This document shows positions 8,565 to 17,579 of a stretch of DNA of 64,000 nt, piece after piece. A program made the position numbers and the translations under genes. The stretch comes from an uncultured delta proteobacterium (GTDB taxonomy: Bacteria; Myxococcota_A; Polyangia; Polyangiales; Houyiibacteriaceae). The stretch's first letter is position 1. The number at the start of each line of letters is the position of its first letter. Where the stretch lies: NCBI GenBank assembly GCA_963699755.1, contig CAVOVB010000003.1, forward strand, positions 576,001 to 640,000, written 5' to 3'. The notes below the pieces were generated by a model. It made no database searches. It had not been told where the DNA came from and saw only the letters and a list, made by a program, of their open reading frames with translations.

Positions 8565-10412
8565 CTACGTCTTGCGAAGGGTAGGCTCGAGGACGATGCC
8601 GCGTTCCCGGGCGCGCTCGAGGGCTTCGGCGCGAGGCTGCTGGTAGTGGGCCGAGCCGAGATAGGCGAACAGGCGTCCGCTTGCCGGGATGACCATGTCT
8701 TCGGGGATCCATTCGACCGGCTCGCCGTCGGACCAACAGACCTCTCCGCGCTCCATTTTCCAGGCGGCTTCGGAGAGATCCATCGGCGCCAGCACCTCGC
8801 GAATCGCTTCGAATCGACCCTGGATCGCCGGATCGAGAAAGAAGGACTGGCCGCCCCCGATGAAGGCGATGTGGTAGCGCGAGGGGTGGTGCGCAAGCCC
8901 ATCGAGCGCGAGCCGCTGCGCGCCTTGGAAGAGCATGTGCATCGTTTCCTCGCCGACGCCGAGGCCCGGATGGTCCTGACCCGGCCATTGCGGCTGGCGC
9001 AACGAGAAGCTGGCGGTGGGGTTCTGGAGCATCATCCACTCGATGTAGAGCAGGCGAAGCTCGTCGGGCGGCTCGAGACCTTCGGGGGCCGGACGGGTGA
9101 GGCGGCGGAGCACTTGATCGACCAGAAGGTAGCGCTCGCCGTTCTTGCGCGCGTGCAGGGTGAGGTGCTGCCGCTCCGGATCGGTCGGGTCGACCTTCAG
9201 CTCGAGGTCCGTAAACCCGAGGCTTCGCACCCGGTCGGACAGCCCGTATTTTTCGAGTGCAAACTCGATGCCATGGCGCGAGTAGTAATCTAGAAGGCGC
9301 GTCGACTTGTTTCGAGGGCCCGCCAGGTCTCCCATCAGGTCGGCTTCGGTGAGCCGCCACTCGCCGCTTGGGCGCTGCAGGTCGTACGGGTCGAGCTGCT
9401 GAGCGATCTGCGCGTACTGCTCGTACAGGCTTCGTTGCGGCTCGCCGCTGACCTTAGCCTCGTCGACCAGCAGCCAGCGAATAAAATCGCTAGACGAGCT
9501 CCAGGCGTGGTCGCTATAGCCTCCGCCAAGGGTCACCACCACGGGGCAGTCATGCTTTCGCGCCAGCTCGATGACGAAGCGATCGCGTTCGAGCACGCCT
9601 TCCCGCGTGAGCCTGAAATCACCGAGGCGATCTCCTTCTAGGACATCGTTGCCCGCGACGTAGAAGATCAGGCCCGGCTTGATCGCGTCGAGAGATGGGG
9701 GGAGCGATTCGCGGAGCTGCTTCAAATACGTTTCGTCGTCGACCTTGGACGGAAGAAGAAATTGCTGGTCCGAAGCCGCCTCGATGTGGCTCCAAACCGA
9801 GCCGTGAATCGAATAGGTGAAGACCGTCTTGTCGTCTTCAAAGGCGACGATGTTGCCGTTGCCCTGGTGGTAGTCCAGGTCTACGATGGCGATCGGCTTA
9901 TCGAAGCCCTCGGCACGGAGGGATGCGATCGCGACAGCGATGTCGTTGTAGACACAGAATCCGGACCCGGACTCCGGCTCGGCGTGGTGAAAGCCGCCCC
10001 CGATGTTGAAGGCCACACGGTCGTTGCGCTGGATTGCCCAACGGGCAGCCTCGACGGTTCCTCCAACCTGGCGCCGCTGCCCGATCAGCACGGGATCGAC
10101 GTCGATGTCGTGGGCCTCGAGGCCAAAGATGCGCCCCAGGTATTCGGGTCGCGCCGTTTGCTCGAGATACGATTGGGAATGTGCCCTCGCGAGCTCCGCC
10201 AACGGGACCAGGGGGGCCGGGCGCACTTGCGTCGGACGGATAAGCCGCTCGGCGCCGAGCATGCCGAGGATCTTCTCGCCGCGCGCCACTTCGATCCCGG
10301 GAACACGTGCCGTCTCGACGAGCAAGTCGACCTTGTACTGCGGGTGGTACCAAAGGCCGACCTGGTCTCTGAGCCTCTTGTGAGCCTTTCGGCGTTGGAG
10401 CCACTTGGCCAT
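8565..10412 (-). CDS. Histone-deacetylase family amidohydrolase (AcuC/AphA-like) with a long C-terminal extension
   Basis: GGGFHHA, GFCVYND, DLDYHQGNG, GNDVLEGDRLG and GGGY motifs are all intact. Confidence 0.9.
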   Translation of the reverse strand: MAKWLQRRKAHKRLRDQVGLWYHPQYKVDLLVETARVPGIEVARGEKILGMLGAERLIRPTQVRPAPLVPLAELARAHSQSYLEQTARPEYLGRIFGLEAHDIDVDPVLIGQRRQVGGTVEAARWAIQRNDRVAFNIGGGFHHAEPESGSGFCVYNDIAVAIASLRAEGFDKPIAIVDLDYHQGNGNIVAFEDDKTVFTYSIHGSVWSHIEAASDQQFLLPSKVDDETYLKQLRESLPPSLDAIKPGLIFYVAGNDVLEGDRLGDFRLTREGVLERDRFVIELARKHDCPVVVTLGGGYSDHAWSSSSDFIRWLLVDEAKVSGEPQRSLYEQYAQIAQQLDPYDLQRPSGEWRLTEADLMGDLAGPRNKSTRLLDYYSRHGIEFALEKYGLSDRVRSLGFTDLELKVDPTDPERQHLTLHARKNGERYLLVDQVLRRLTRPAPEGLEPPDELRLLYIEWMMLQNPTASFSLRQPQWPGQDHPGLGVGEETMHMLFQGAQRLALDGLAHHPSRYHIAFIGGGQSFFLDPAIQGRFEAIREVLAPMDLSEAAWKMERGEVCWSDGEPVEWIPEDMVIPASGRLFAYLGSAHYQQPRAEALERARERGIVLEPTLRKT

Positions 10413-10417
10413 CGGGT

Positions 10418-12169
10418 TTACACCGAGATGGAGCCCTTGCGGAAGTCGGTGGCGGCGATGTGCACGTTGATGACGACCGGCCTGCCGGAGGCAGCGTGCG
10501 ACTTCGCTTCGTCCAAGGTCTCGTCGATGCGTGTGGGGTCATCGAGGAGAAGGCCCACTGCGCCATAACCTCGCCCAACTTCGTGGTACGCGGTCCGCTT
10601 GAGCACCGTGCCAACGTCCGTGCCAAGCATGGGGACTTGCTCTCGGGCGATCTGCGACCAGGACCCGTCGGTCCCGATGACCGCGATAGGCGCTAACCCG
10701 TGCCTCACGCAGGTGTCGATCTCGGCGAGGCTATACGCACTGGAACCGTCGCCGTAGATCAGCCAGACCTCTTTTCCGGGACGCACCAAGGACGCCCCCA
10801 CCGCGAAGCCACCGCCGACACCGAGTGTCCCGAAGACGCCGGGGTCTAGCCACGACAAGGGCTTGCGCGGCCGCAAGATGTAGGACGCCGTCGCGACGAA
10901 ATCTCCGCCATCGACGACGAGCACCGCATCTTGAGCCATTTTCTCTTCGATGCGTAAGAAGAGCTGGAGCGGGTTGACGAGCTCCGAGGGCGCTTTTGCC
11001 TGCTCGCCAATCTCCTCGTCGCGCGCGACCTCGCGGCCCCGGAGGGTGTCGAACCAATCGGTCCAGGGGCCGAGCCCTCCGCCAACCGCGTTGGCGAGCG
11101 CTCGCAGAAACTCACCGGCATGCATGTGCACGGGTATCTCTGGGCGTCGATTCTTGCGCATCTCGCTCGCGCTGAGGTTCGCAGCGACCAGGGTCGCCCG
11201 GCTCGAAATGCTCCGCCCGTATCCCATGCGGAAATCGAAGGGGAAGCCTGCGACGATGACGAGGTCGGCTTCCTTGAGCGCCGCGGTGCGTTTGTGCCGG
11301 AACTGAATGTCGCTGTGCTGGCCGAGCAGGCCGCGCGCCATGCCGCCGAGCCAGGTGGGGACGCCCAGGGTGTTGACTGCATCGGCGATTGGTTCGGCGG
11401 AGCCTCGATTGACGAGCGCCTGACTTCCAATGACCAAAGCTGGCCGCTCGGCCCTGCGAAGCAGCGAAGCGACCTTGCCGATGTGCTGGCTCCGGTGGCT
11501 CGGCTTTGGAGGAAGGGATTCGCGCGCCGGCGGGATGAGGCTCACGTGGGGCTGGTGGAACTGACGGTACAAATGGCCGCGCATGAAGAGCTCGAGCGCT
11601 TTCGAGCTGAGGTTCTTGCCCTCCTTGACGCCGCTCTCCTTCATGAACATCTCCCGAACCATCTCTTCGGGGTAGAGCACGTCGATGGGCACTTCGATGA
11701 AGACGGGACCGGGAACGCTGTCTTGCGCCAGATCCAAGGCCTTTTCGACTATCGGAGCGATGCTGTTGACCTTTCTAATGGACACGGCCCACTTGGTGAT
11801 CGGCTCCATGAGCGAAATTTGGTCGATGTCTTGAAGTGCGCCGCGACCCTTGAGCAGGGTCGCCGCCGCGCCGCCGAAGACTAGAATCGGCGATTGTGCG
11901 AGCTGGGCGTTTTTGACGGCGGTGATGGTGTTCGTCACGCCAGGCCCAGCGGTCACCGCTGCGACGCCGGGAACGCCGGTCATGCGCGCGACCGCATCGG
12001 CCGCGAACACCGCGTTGACCTCGTCGCGTACGTCGACCACCTTGATGCCGTTGGCCTCCGCGCCCACGAGGATGGGGGAGATGTGCCCACCGCAGAGGGT
12101 GAACAACTGCTTCACGCCGCGCGATGCGAGAATCCTGCCAATTACCGCGCCGCCATCGTCTGCCATCAC
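10418..12169 (-). CDS. ThDP-dependent acetolactate-synthase-like enzyme (ILVBL / 2-hydroxyacyl-CoA lyase-like)
   Basis: [53 protein letters not shown] ThDP-binding motif. Confidence 0.88.
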   Translation of the reverse strand: MMADDGGAVIGRILASRGVKQLFTLCGGHISPILVGAEANGIKVVDVRDEVNAVFAADAVARMTGVPGVAAVTAGPGVTNTITAVKNAQLAQSPILVFGGAAATLLKGRGALQDIDQISLMEPITKWAVSIRKVNSIAPIVEKALDLAQDSVPGPVFIEVPIDVLYPEEMVREMFMKESGVKEGKNLSSKALELFMRGHLYRQFHQPHVSLIPPARESLPPKPSHRSQHIGKVASLLRRAERPALVIGSQALVNRGSAEPIADAVNTLGVPTWLGGMARGLLGQHSDIQFRHKRTAALKEADLVIVAGFPFDFRMGYGRSISSRATLVAANLSASEMRKNRRPEIPVHMHAGEFLRALANAVGGGLGPWTDWFDTLRGREVARDEEIGEQAKAPSELVNPLQLFLRIEEKMAQDAVLVVDGGDFVATASYILRPRKPLSWLDPGVFGTLGVGGGFAVGASLVRPGKEVWLIYGDGSSAYSLAEIDTCVRHGLAPIAVIGTDGSWSQIAREQVPMLGTDVGTVLKRTAYHEVGRGYGAVGLLLDDPTRIDETLDEAKSHAASGRPVVINVHIAATDFRKGSISV

Positions 12170-12564
12170 TCGCTCCCAACTCCCTCGAGCACGTGTCGCT
12201 CGAGCACGAAACAGGTGAAGGTTCCTTCGAACACCTTCTCGGAGCGCACCGCGACTTCCACGCGGACCTCGCGCTTCCGGCCCCCTGTGTCAAGGCTTTG
12301 AGCGCTCGCGAGCAGTCGATCACCAGCCCGAACCGGCTTGAGAAAACGGGTCTCGGCGGCTCCGAGAACCACGTTCGGATCGTTCACCGCCAGCATTGCC
12401 GCGTAGTCGGCCAGCCCGAAAACGAAGCCGCCGTGGACCAGGCCATGAGCGTCGACCGCCATCGCAGCACTGGTGCTGAGGGCGACGCGGGCGGAGCCTT
12501 CGCCGAGCGCGAGCAAAGTGCCGCATAAGGCGGGATCCGCCTGAAGATGGGTCCTCGGCTTCAT
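12166..12564 (-). CDS. PaaI-family hotdog thioesterase
   Basis: [27 protein letters not shown]. Stop overlaps the start of the ThDP enzyme gene. Confidence 0.88.
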   Translation of the reverse strand: MKPRTHLQADPALCGTLLALGEGSARVALSTSAAMAVDAHGLVHGGFVFGLADYAAMLAVNDPNVVLGAAETRFLKPVRAGDRLLASAQSLDTGGRKREVRVEVAVRSEKVFEGTFTCFVLERHVLEGVGSE

Positions 12565-12694
12565 GGATCCGCACGATTACACGAGCTGGGGGTCGAGAAA
12601 AGCGGGATAGGGCCCAAAGAGGGCCTTTACCGCTTGCCGATTCGGCGATCGGGTGTCTAATAGGTGACTAAATCACGGTGAGACGGAGGGTCAT

Positions 12695-12949
12695 GTGAAC
12701 GAGCTTGCGCGTTACCTCATGGAAAACGCTTACATCGACTTCCAGGGCGGAATTACGATCGAAGAAGTCCGGAAATTCTTACGCGACGAAGACAGCCGCG
12801 AGTCCCGAGCCCTGCTTTCCAGGCTGATCGAGGACAACGGCTTGGACGACCTGATGGTGACCATCGCGGATTGCCTCAAGGAATACATCCGAACCGGCAT
12901 CAACGAGGACATTGTTCGGGCGCAGCTCACCTCCTACAGCGAGTCGTAG
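12695..12949 (+). CDS. Small acidic helical hypothetical protein
   Basis: GTG start preceded by GGAGG, 84 aa, GC3-biased codons. Confidence 0.8.
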   Translation: MNELARYLMENAYIDFQGGITIEEVRKFLRDEDSRESRALLSRLIEDNGLDDLMVTIADCLKEYIRTGINEDIVRAQLTSYSES

Positions 12950-12992
12950 GACCAGGGCGTCAGTCCGAATCTCTGCTAGGATCGGCTTGTTT

Positions 12993-13883
12993 ATGCGCTG
13001 GATTGTACTGTGCGTCTCCTTGGCTTTCGCGTTACTCGCCTGCGAGCGCTCGACCGAAGCCGACAGCAGCCCGAAACAGGCTTCACCTGAGGTCAAACCC
13101 GCTGCGGGTGCTACGAGGGAACCGATTCGGAGCCTGCCGCAGGTCGATACGAGCGCCCTCGACGACTTCACCAAAGGCATCTGGATCGACATGATCAACG
13201 AGCTCCTCTCGCCCTGCGGTGAGCCGGTGAGCGTGGCCCGCTGCGTCTCCGAGAGCCGCAAGTGCGACAAGTGTGTCCAGGCAGCCAGGTACGTTGCACG
13301 TCTGGTGAACGACGGGTACTCGCGAGACGAGCTCCGCGACATCTACCGCGTTCGCTACGGCGACGACACCAGGGTCGAGAAACTCACGGCGCACGATTCG
13401 CCGCTCCGTGGGTCTCCGATGGCGCAGGTGACGATCTACGAGTTCAGCGACTTTCAGTGCCCTCACTGCAAGATGACCGCACCGTACCTCAAGAAGATCG
13501 TCGAGGAATCGAACGGCAAGGTGAAATTGGTGTTCAAGCAGTATCCCTTGCCTGGACACCCGAAAGCGCGCGATGCATCGAAGGCGGCGATTGCGGCGGA
13601 GAAGCAGGGCAAATTCTGGGAGATGCACGACCTACTCTTCGAGCATCAGGACGATCTGCAGACCGCCAACCTCAATGATTATGCGAAGCTGCTCGGTCTC
13701 GATGTGAAGCGGTTCAATGCGGATATGCAGTCCAAAGAGACCGAAACGAAGATCGAAGCAGACATCGCCGAAGGGCGTGCGGCTGGCGTGGATTCGACCC
13801 CGTCGATCTACGTGAACAATCGGCGCTACGTGTTTCCGGCGGATCAGCTTGGCGCTTATGTGCGCGAAGAGCTCGACCAGTGA
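12993..13883 (+). CDS. DsbA-family thioredoxin-fold lipoprotein
   Basis: Lipobox LLAC, EFSDFQCPHC, GKFWEMHDLLF, GVDSTPS (cis-Pro loop). Confidence 0.88.
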   Translation: MRWIVLCVSLAFALLACERSTEADSSPKQASPEVKPAAGATREPIRSLPQVDTSALDDFTKGIWIDMINELLSPCGEPVSVARCVSESRKCDKCVQAARYVARLVNDGYSRDELRDIYRVRYGDDTRVEKLTAHDSPLRGSPMAQVTIYEFSDFQCPHCKMTAPYLKKIVEESNGKVKLVFKQYPLPGHPKARDASKAAIAAEKQGKFWEMHDLLFEHQDDLQTANLNDYAKLLGLDVKRFNADMQSKETETKIEADIAEGRAAGVDSTPSIYVNNRRYVFPADQLGAYVREELDQ

Positions 13884-13914
13884 TTCGCCGTCTCGGCGTT
13901 CGCGTCGAAGCGGA

Positions 13915-14418
13915 ATGAAGACGTTGCTCTGCGGCTGCGTGGCGGCTCTCCTCGTCGCGTCGAACGCCAGCGCGCTCGTATCGGGCGAACCGCCGCCCCG
14001 GATCGACCTGCCCGATCAACATGGGGAGACGGTCGCGCTGAGCGCGCTCACGGGAAAGGTCGTGCTGATCGATTTCTGGGCGTCCTGGTGTGGGCCTTGT
14101 AAGAAAGAGATGCCCGTCCTCGAAGCGCTACAAGAGAAGTACGCCGCCGAGGGCTTGGTGATTGTCGGCATCAACATCGACAACAGCTCGAAGAAGATGA
14201 ACAAGTTCTTGAGGGGCGTGCGGGTGAGCTTTCGAATCGTGCACGACCGCAAGCTCGCCGTAGCGAGCCGGTACGAGCCCGCAACGATGCCGACCTCCTA
14301 CTTCGTCGGAAGGGACGGGACGCTTCGGTATGTGCATGAAGGGTTTCGGGAGCAGGACGCTGAGGAATTGGAAGAGCGGGTGAAGGCGTTGCTAGCGGAG
14401 ACTGGTGGAACCGACTGA
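13915..14418 (+). CDS. TlpA/ResA-family thiol-disulfide oxidoreductase
   Basis: Signal peptide, GKVVLIDFWASWCGPCKKEMP, TMPTSY. Confidence 0.9.
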   Translation: MKTLLCGCVAALLVASNASALVSGEPPPRIDLPDQHGETVALSALTGKVVLIDFWASWCGPCKKEMPVLEALQEKYAAEGLVIVGINIDNSSKKMNKFLRGVRVSFRIVHDRKLAVASRYEPATMPTSYFVGRDGTLRYVHEGFREQDAEELEERVKALLAETGGTD

Positions 14419-14460
14419 TGAAGCGGGGCGCGAAAAAACGCGTCCCGATTGTATCGACGA

Positions 14461-15789
14461 CTAGCGTTTGACGGCTGCCGCGTTCGGCATCGAGGCGCCT
14501 CTGGCCACGAAGGCGCTCAGTTGTTGGGTGATGTAGTCGACGACTTCGCAGTCGGCCTCGGTAAACATGCCGCGGAGGGCGCCGTTGGCGAGTTGGAGGA
14601 CGCCGAACATGCGGCCTCGGTGGATCAGCGGGCGGTACAAGAGTGCGCGGACGTCTAGGCCGGGGACGCCGTCGATGTTCTCGTCGTAGCGTGGGTCGGC
14701 GGCAGCGTCGGCGAGAACCAAAACGGCGTGCTCGGCGAGCTCGCTTGCCGCGGCGAGGATGCCGGAGGAGCAAGGGATCCCCTGGCCGTGTCGTGCCTTC
14801 GCGCCCGCACCGCGTGCGGCGACGATACGGAACTGATCGGTGTTGATATCGAAGAGGAATGCTGCCGTTGCCTCCGAGGGAACCAGCTCTTCCAGGAGGT
14901 GCACGGCGAACTCCAACGCCTCGGCTCGGGTCTTCATGAATAGAAGGTCGTGGCAGGCCTCGAAGGCGATTGCGAGCCGGTCTTCGGTGGGTGGCGGGGG
15001 CACGCTGCTGACCCTGGGCGCTTCCGAATGCCCCGTTTCGTCATCCCGGGTTTCATCTTCGAGCGGGAACTCGATGTCGATGCTCTCGTTCCAGTCTTTC
15101 CACTCGAGACGCACCACGGGGGGCCTTTCCGGAACGCTCTTCCAGATGTGGTCGAAGAGCTCGATGCGAACGAACTTGGCGCCGCGCTCTTTGGCGATTT
15201 CTTTCTGAAGGTCGCGCAAGAGCTTGATGGCGAGCTTCTCACCCGTCCCGGTTTCAAAGGACACTGGCACGGCGTACATGCGCTCCCGGAAATGAATCGG
15301 GCTCGCGCTCGTGGGCTCTTCGTCACGAGAGCCCAAGAGGATCAGCTTGTTCTCGACCGTAGCCGGTGGTGGGCTCGTCGGTCGCGGCGCGCTCGGTCGG
15401 CGAGATCGGATGGGCGCTGGTGCGGGCGGGGGAGTCTCTTTGAGCAACGGGTCGTACCCTGTCCTGGGTTGGAGCGGGAGGGGGTCGCCCGAGACCGAGC
15501 GAGCTCTACTAAAAACGGTCGCTGCCGCATCGGTGAGGCCCGTCGCCGCGCCGGGTGTGGCGACGGGAAGGACTTGATAGCGCCTACGCTCACGTCCGTC
15601 CTGGATCGTGACCGTGCCGTTGGGGTTCACGTTGCAGCTCGCTCCCGCAGGAACACCTCCTGATTCGCCGATCTCAGCCCGACCTTTCTGAAGCGCGCCG
15701 GGCCAGGTGGCTGCCTCGACGGTTCCAAGGAACAACGGCTCCGGTGCGCCGAGCCGACTGATTTCGACTTTCCAATACTTCGTAGCCAC
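14461..15789 (-). CDS. GAF-domain protein with Pro-rich linker
   Basis: C-terminal GAF (DAAADPRYDENIDG...RALLYRPL...GVLQLAN...FTEAD). GTG start. Confidence 0.8.
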   Translation of the reverse strand: MATKYWKVEISRLGAPEPLFLGTVEAATWPGALQKGRAEIGESGGVPAGASCNVNPNGTVTIQDGRERRRYQVLPVATPGAATGLTDAAATVFSRARSVSGDPLPLQPRTGYDPLLKETPPPAPAPIRSRRPSAPRPTSPPPATVENKLILLGSRDEEPTSASPIHFRERMYAVPVSFETGTGEKLAIKLLRDLQKEIAKERGAKFVRIELFDHIWKSVPERPPVVRLEWKDWNESIDIEFPLEDETRDDETGHSEAPRVSSVPPPPTEDRLAIAFEACHDLLFMKTRAEALEFAVHLLEELVPSEATAAFLFDINTDQFRIVAARGAGAKARHGQGIPCSSGILAAASELAEHAVLVLADAAADPRYDENIDGVPGLDVRALLYRPLIHRGRMFGVLQLANGALRGMFTEADCEVVDYITQQLSAFVARGASMPNAAAVKR

Positions 15790-15885
15790 GTGGTCCCGCT
15801 GGTGCGGACTCTATGATAGCCGGGATCGCCAGCGAAGTCGCATCTCCGGCTGGCGCTGTCCGCACGGCCAGGTTAGGAACCGCCC

Positions 15886-16563
15886 GTGTGGATCCTAGTG
15901 ATCGGCCGCGAGGGGCTCGAAGAGCGCGAGGGCAGCGCAGTGGCATGCCTTCACGAGCTCGGTTGCGATGTCCAGACAGCCAACCTCTGGGATCGGCTGG
16001 ATACCGACGAGCTGGTGCAGAGGCCGCCCACCGTCGTTCTCATCGAGGCCGGAGACGAAGGGAATGCCGGCCGTGCGGCGCTGGTCCGGGTGCGGTCCGC
16101 CGAGCCGCTCCAGGAGGTGCCCGTCATCATCGGCGTCACCACGAACGCCATCTCGCGCCTCGACGCCGGCGACGGCTTCGACGACTTCGTGCTGATGCCC
16201 TACGTGCCGGCGGAGCTCTACATGCGCATTCGGCGCGTGGAGTGGAACCGCAGTGATTTCGCGCAGCAGGAGCGAATCAAGATGGGACCACTCTGCATCG
16301 ATCTGGCCGCGCACGAAGTCACCGTCGACGGTCGGAATCGCCAGCTGACCCATCAGGAGTTCGCGCTCCTGAGCTTCCTCTGCCAGAACCGCGGCCGCGT
16401 GTTTTCCCGGCGGCAGCTCCTCGAACGGGTTTGGGGCGTCGACTACTATGGGAGCAGTCGCACCGTCGACATCCACGTGCGGCGTCTTCGCATGAAGCTC
16501 GGCCAGTGCGTGAACAATCTCGAGACGGTCCGTGGCGTCGGCTACAAGATGAAGGAGCCTTGA
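15886..16563 (+). CDS. OmpR/PhoB-family winged-helix regulator with atypical receiver domain
   Basis: LTHQEFALL, VFSRRQLLERVWG, RTVDIHVRRLRMKL, ETVRGVGY. Confidence 0.9.
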   Translation: MWILVIGREGLEEREGSAVACLHELGCDVQTANLWDRLDTDELVQRPPTVVLIEAGDEGNAGRAALVRVRSAEPLQEVPVIIGVTTNAISRLDAGDGFDDFVLMPYVPAELYMRIRRVEWNRSDFAQQERIKMGPLCIDLAAHEVTVDGRNRQLTHQEFALLSFLCQNRGRVFSRRQLLERVWGVDYYGSSRTVDIHVRRLRMKLGQCVNNLETVRGVGYKMKEP

Positions 16564-17579
16564 TGCTTCCGCCGCTTGCGATTTCGACAGGTGATCCGGC
16601 AGGTGTCGGCCCTGTTGTGACAGCCGCGGCGCTGGCCAGAGCTCTGGGTATCGACCGCGCGCTGGTCTACGGCGACGCGGCCTGGATGGAGCGCGCGTTT
16701 CATCGCTATGGCTTCGAGGCGCTGAGGCGAATCGAGCCGGCCGAGGCGAGGAGCTTGAAACCTGGCGAAGTTGGGCTTGTGCATGTGGCGAATTGGCCAC
16801 TGACGATGGTGCAGGCGAGGGCGCCCACCATCGACGGTGGCGCTGTGCAGCGCGAAGCGCTCGAGTGGGCCTGTGATGCCTGCATCGACGGGACGGCGCG
16901 CGCCATCGTGACCGGCCCGGTCAGCAAGGAAGCGGTGAGCCTTTCGGGCGTGTCGTTTCGGGGGCAGACGGAGCATCTCGCGCGGCATGCCGGCGTGCAC
17001 GTCGAGAACGTGACCATGATGTTCCTCGGCCCGCGCCTCAAGGTCGCGCTCGTTGCGACGCACTGGCCGATCAAGCGTGTGCCCTCGACGGTGACACGCG
17101 AGCACATCGAGCGCACCGTCCGGCACTTGACCGCTGCGCTCTCGCGCTGGTCCCCGGATGCCAAGCCACTGCGGATCGAGGTCTCCGGGCTCAATCCACA
17201 TGCCGGGGAGGGCGGCCTGCTGGGGACGGAAGAAGAGACCATCATCGGACCCACGCTCGATGCGCTTCGAGAGGAAGAGCCCTATTCGGGGGGCGAGATT
17301 GAGCTCCTCGGACCGACGCCGGCCGAAGCGGCGTTTCGCTACGCGGCCGATGGGCGCGCGCACGGCGTCGTGGCAATGTTTCACGACCAGGCGACCATTC
17401 CGTCCAAGCTCCTCGACTGGGGAGAAGCGGTGAATGTGACCTGGGGCTTGCCATTCGTGCGGACCAGCGTCGACCACGGCGTTGCCTATGATGCCGCAGC
17501 GGCTGGCAAAGCGTCCGAGAGTGGCATGGTCGCGGCGATTCGGGCGGCGCAACGCCTGACCGGCGAGCCAGAGGGATGA
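16563..17579 (+). CDS. pdxA: 4-hydroxythreonine-4-phosphate dehydrogenase
   Basis: [46 protein letters not shown]. Confidence 0.93.
   Translation: MLPPLAISTGDPAGVGPVVTAAALARALGIDRALVYGDAAWMERAFHRYGFEALRRIEPAEARSLKPGEVGLVHVANWPLTMVQARAPTIDGGAVQREALEWACDACIDGTARAIVTGPVSKEAVSLSGVSFRGQTEHLARHAGVHVENVTMMFLGPRLKVALVATHWPIKRVPSTVTREHIERTVRHLTAALSRWSPDAKPLRIEVSGLNPHAGEGGLLGTEEETIIGPTLDALREEEPYSGGEIELLGPTPAEAAFRYAADGRAHGVVAMFHDQATIPSKLLDWGEAVNVTWGLPFVRTSVDHGVAYDAAAAGKASESGMVAAIRAAQRLTGEPEG

Noticed and set aside
12695..12949. RomX or an antitoxin
   Set aside because: Size is similar but no recognisable motif similarity and no toxin partner, so left as hypothetical.
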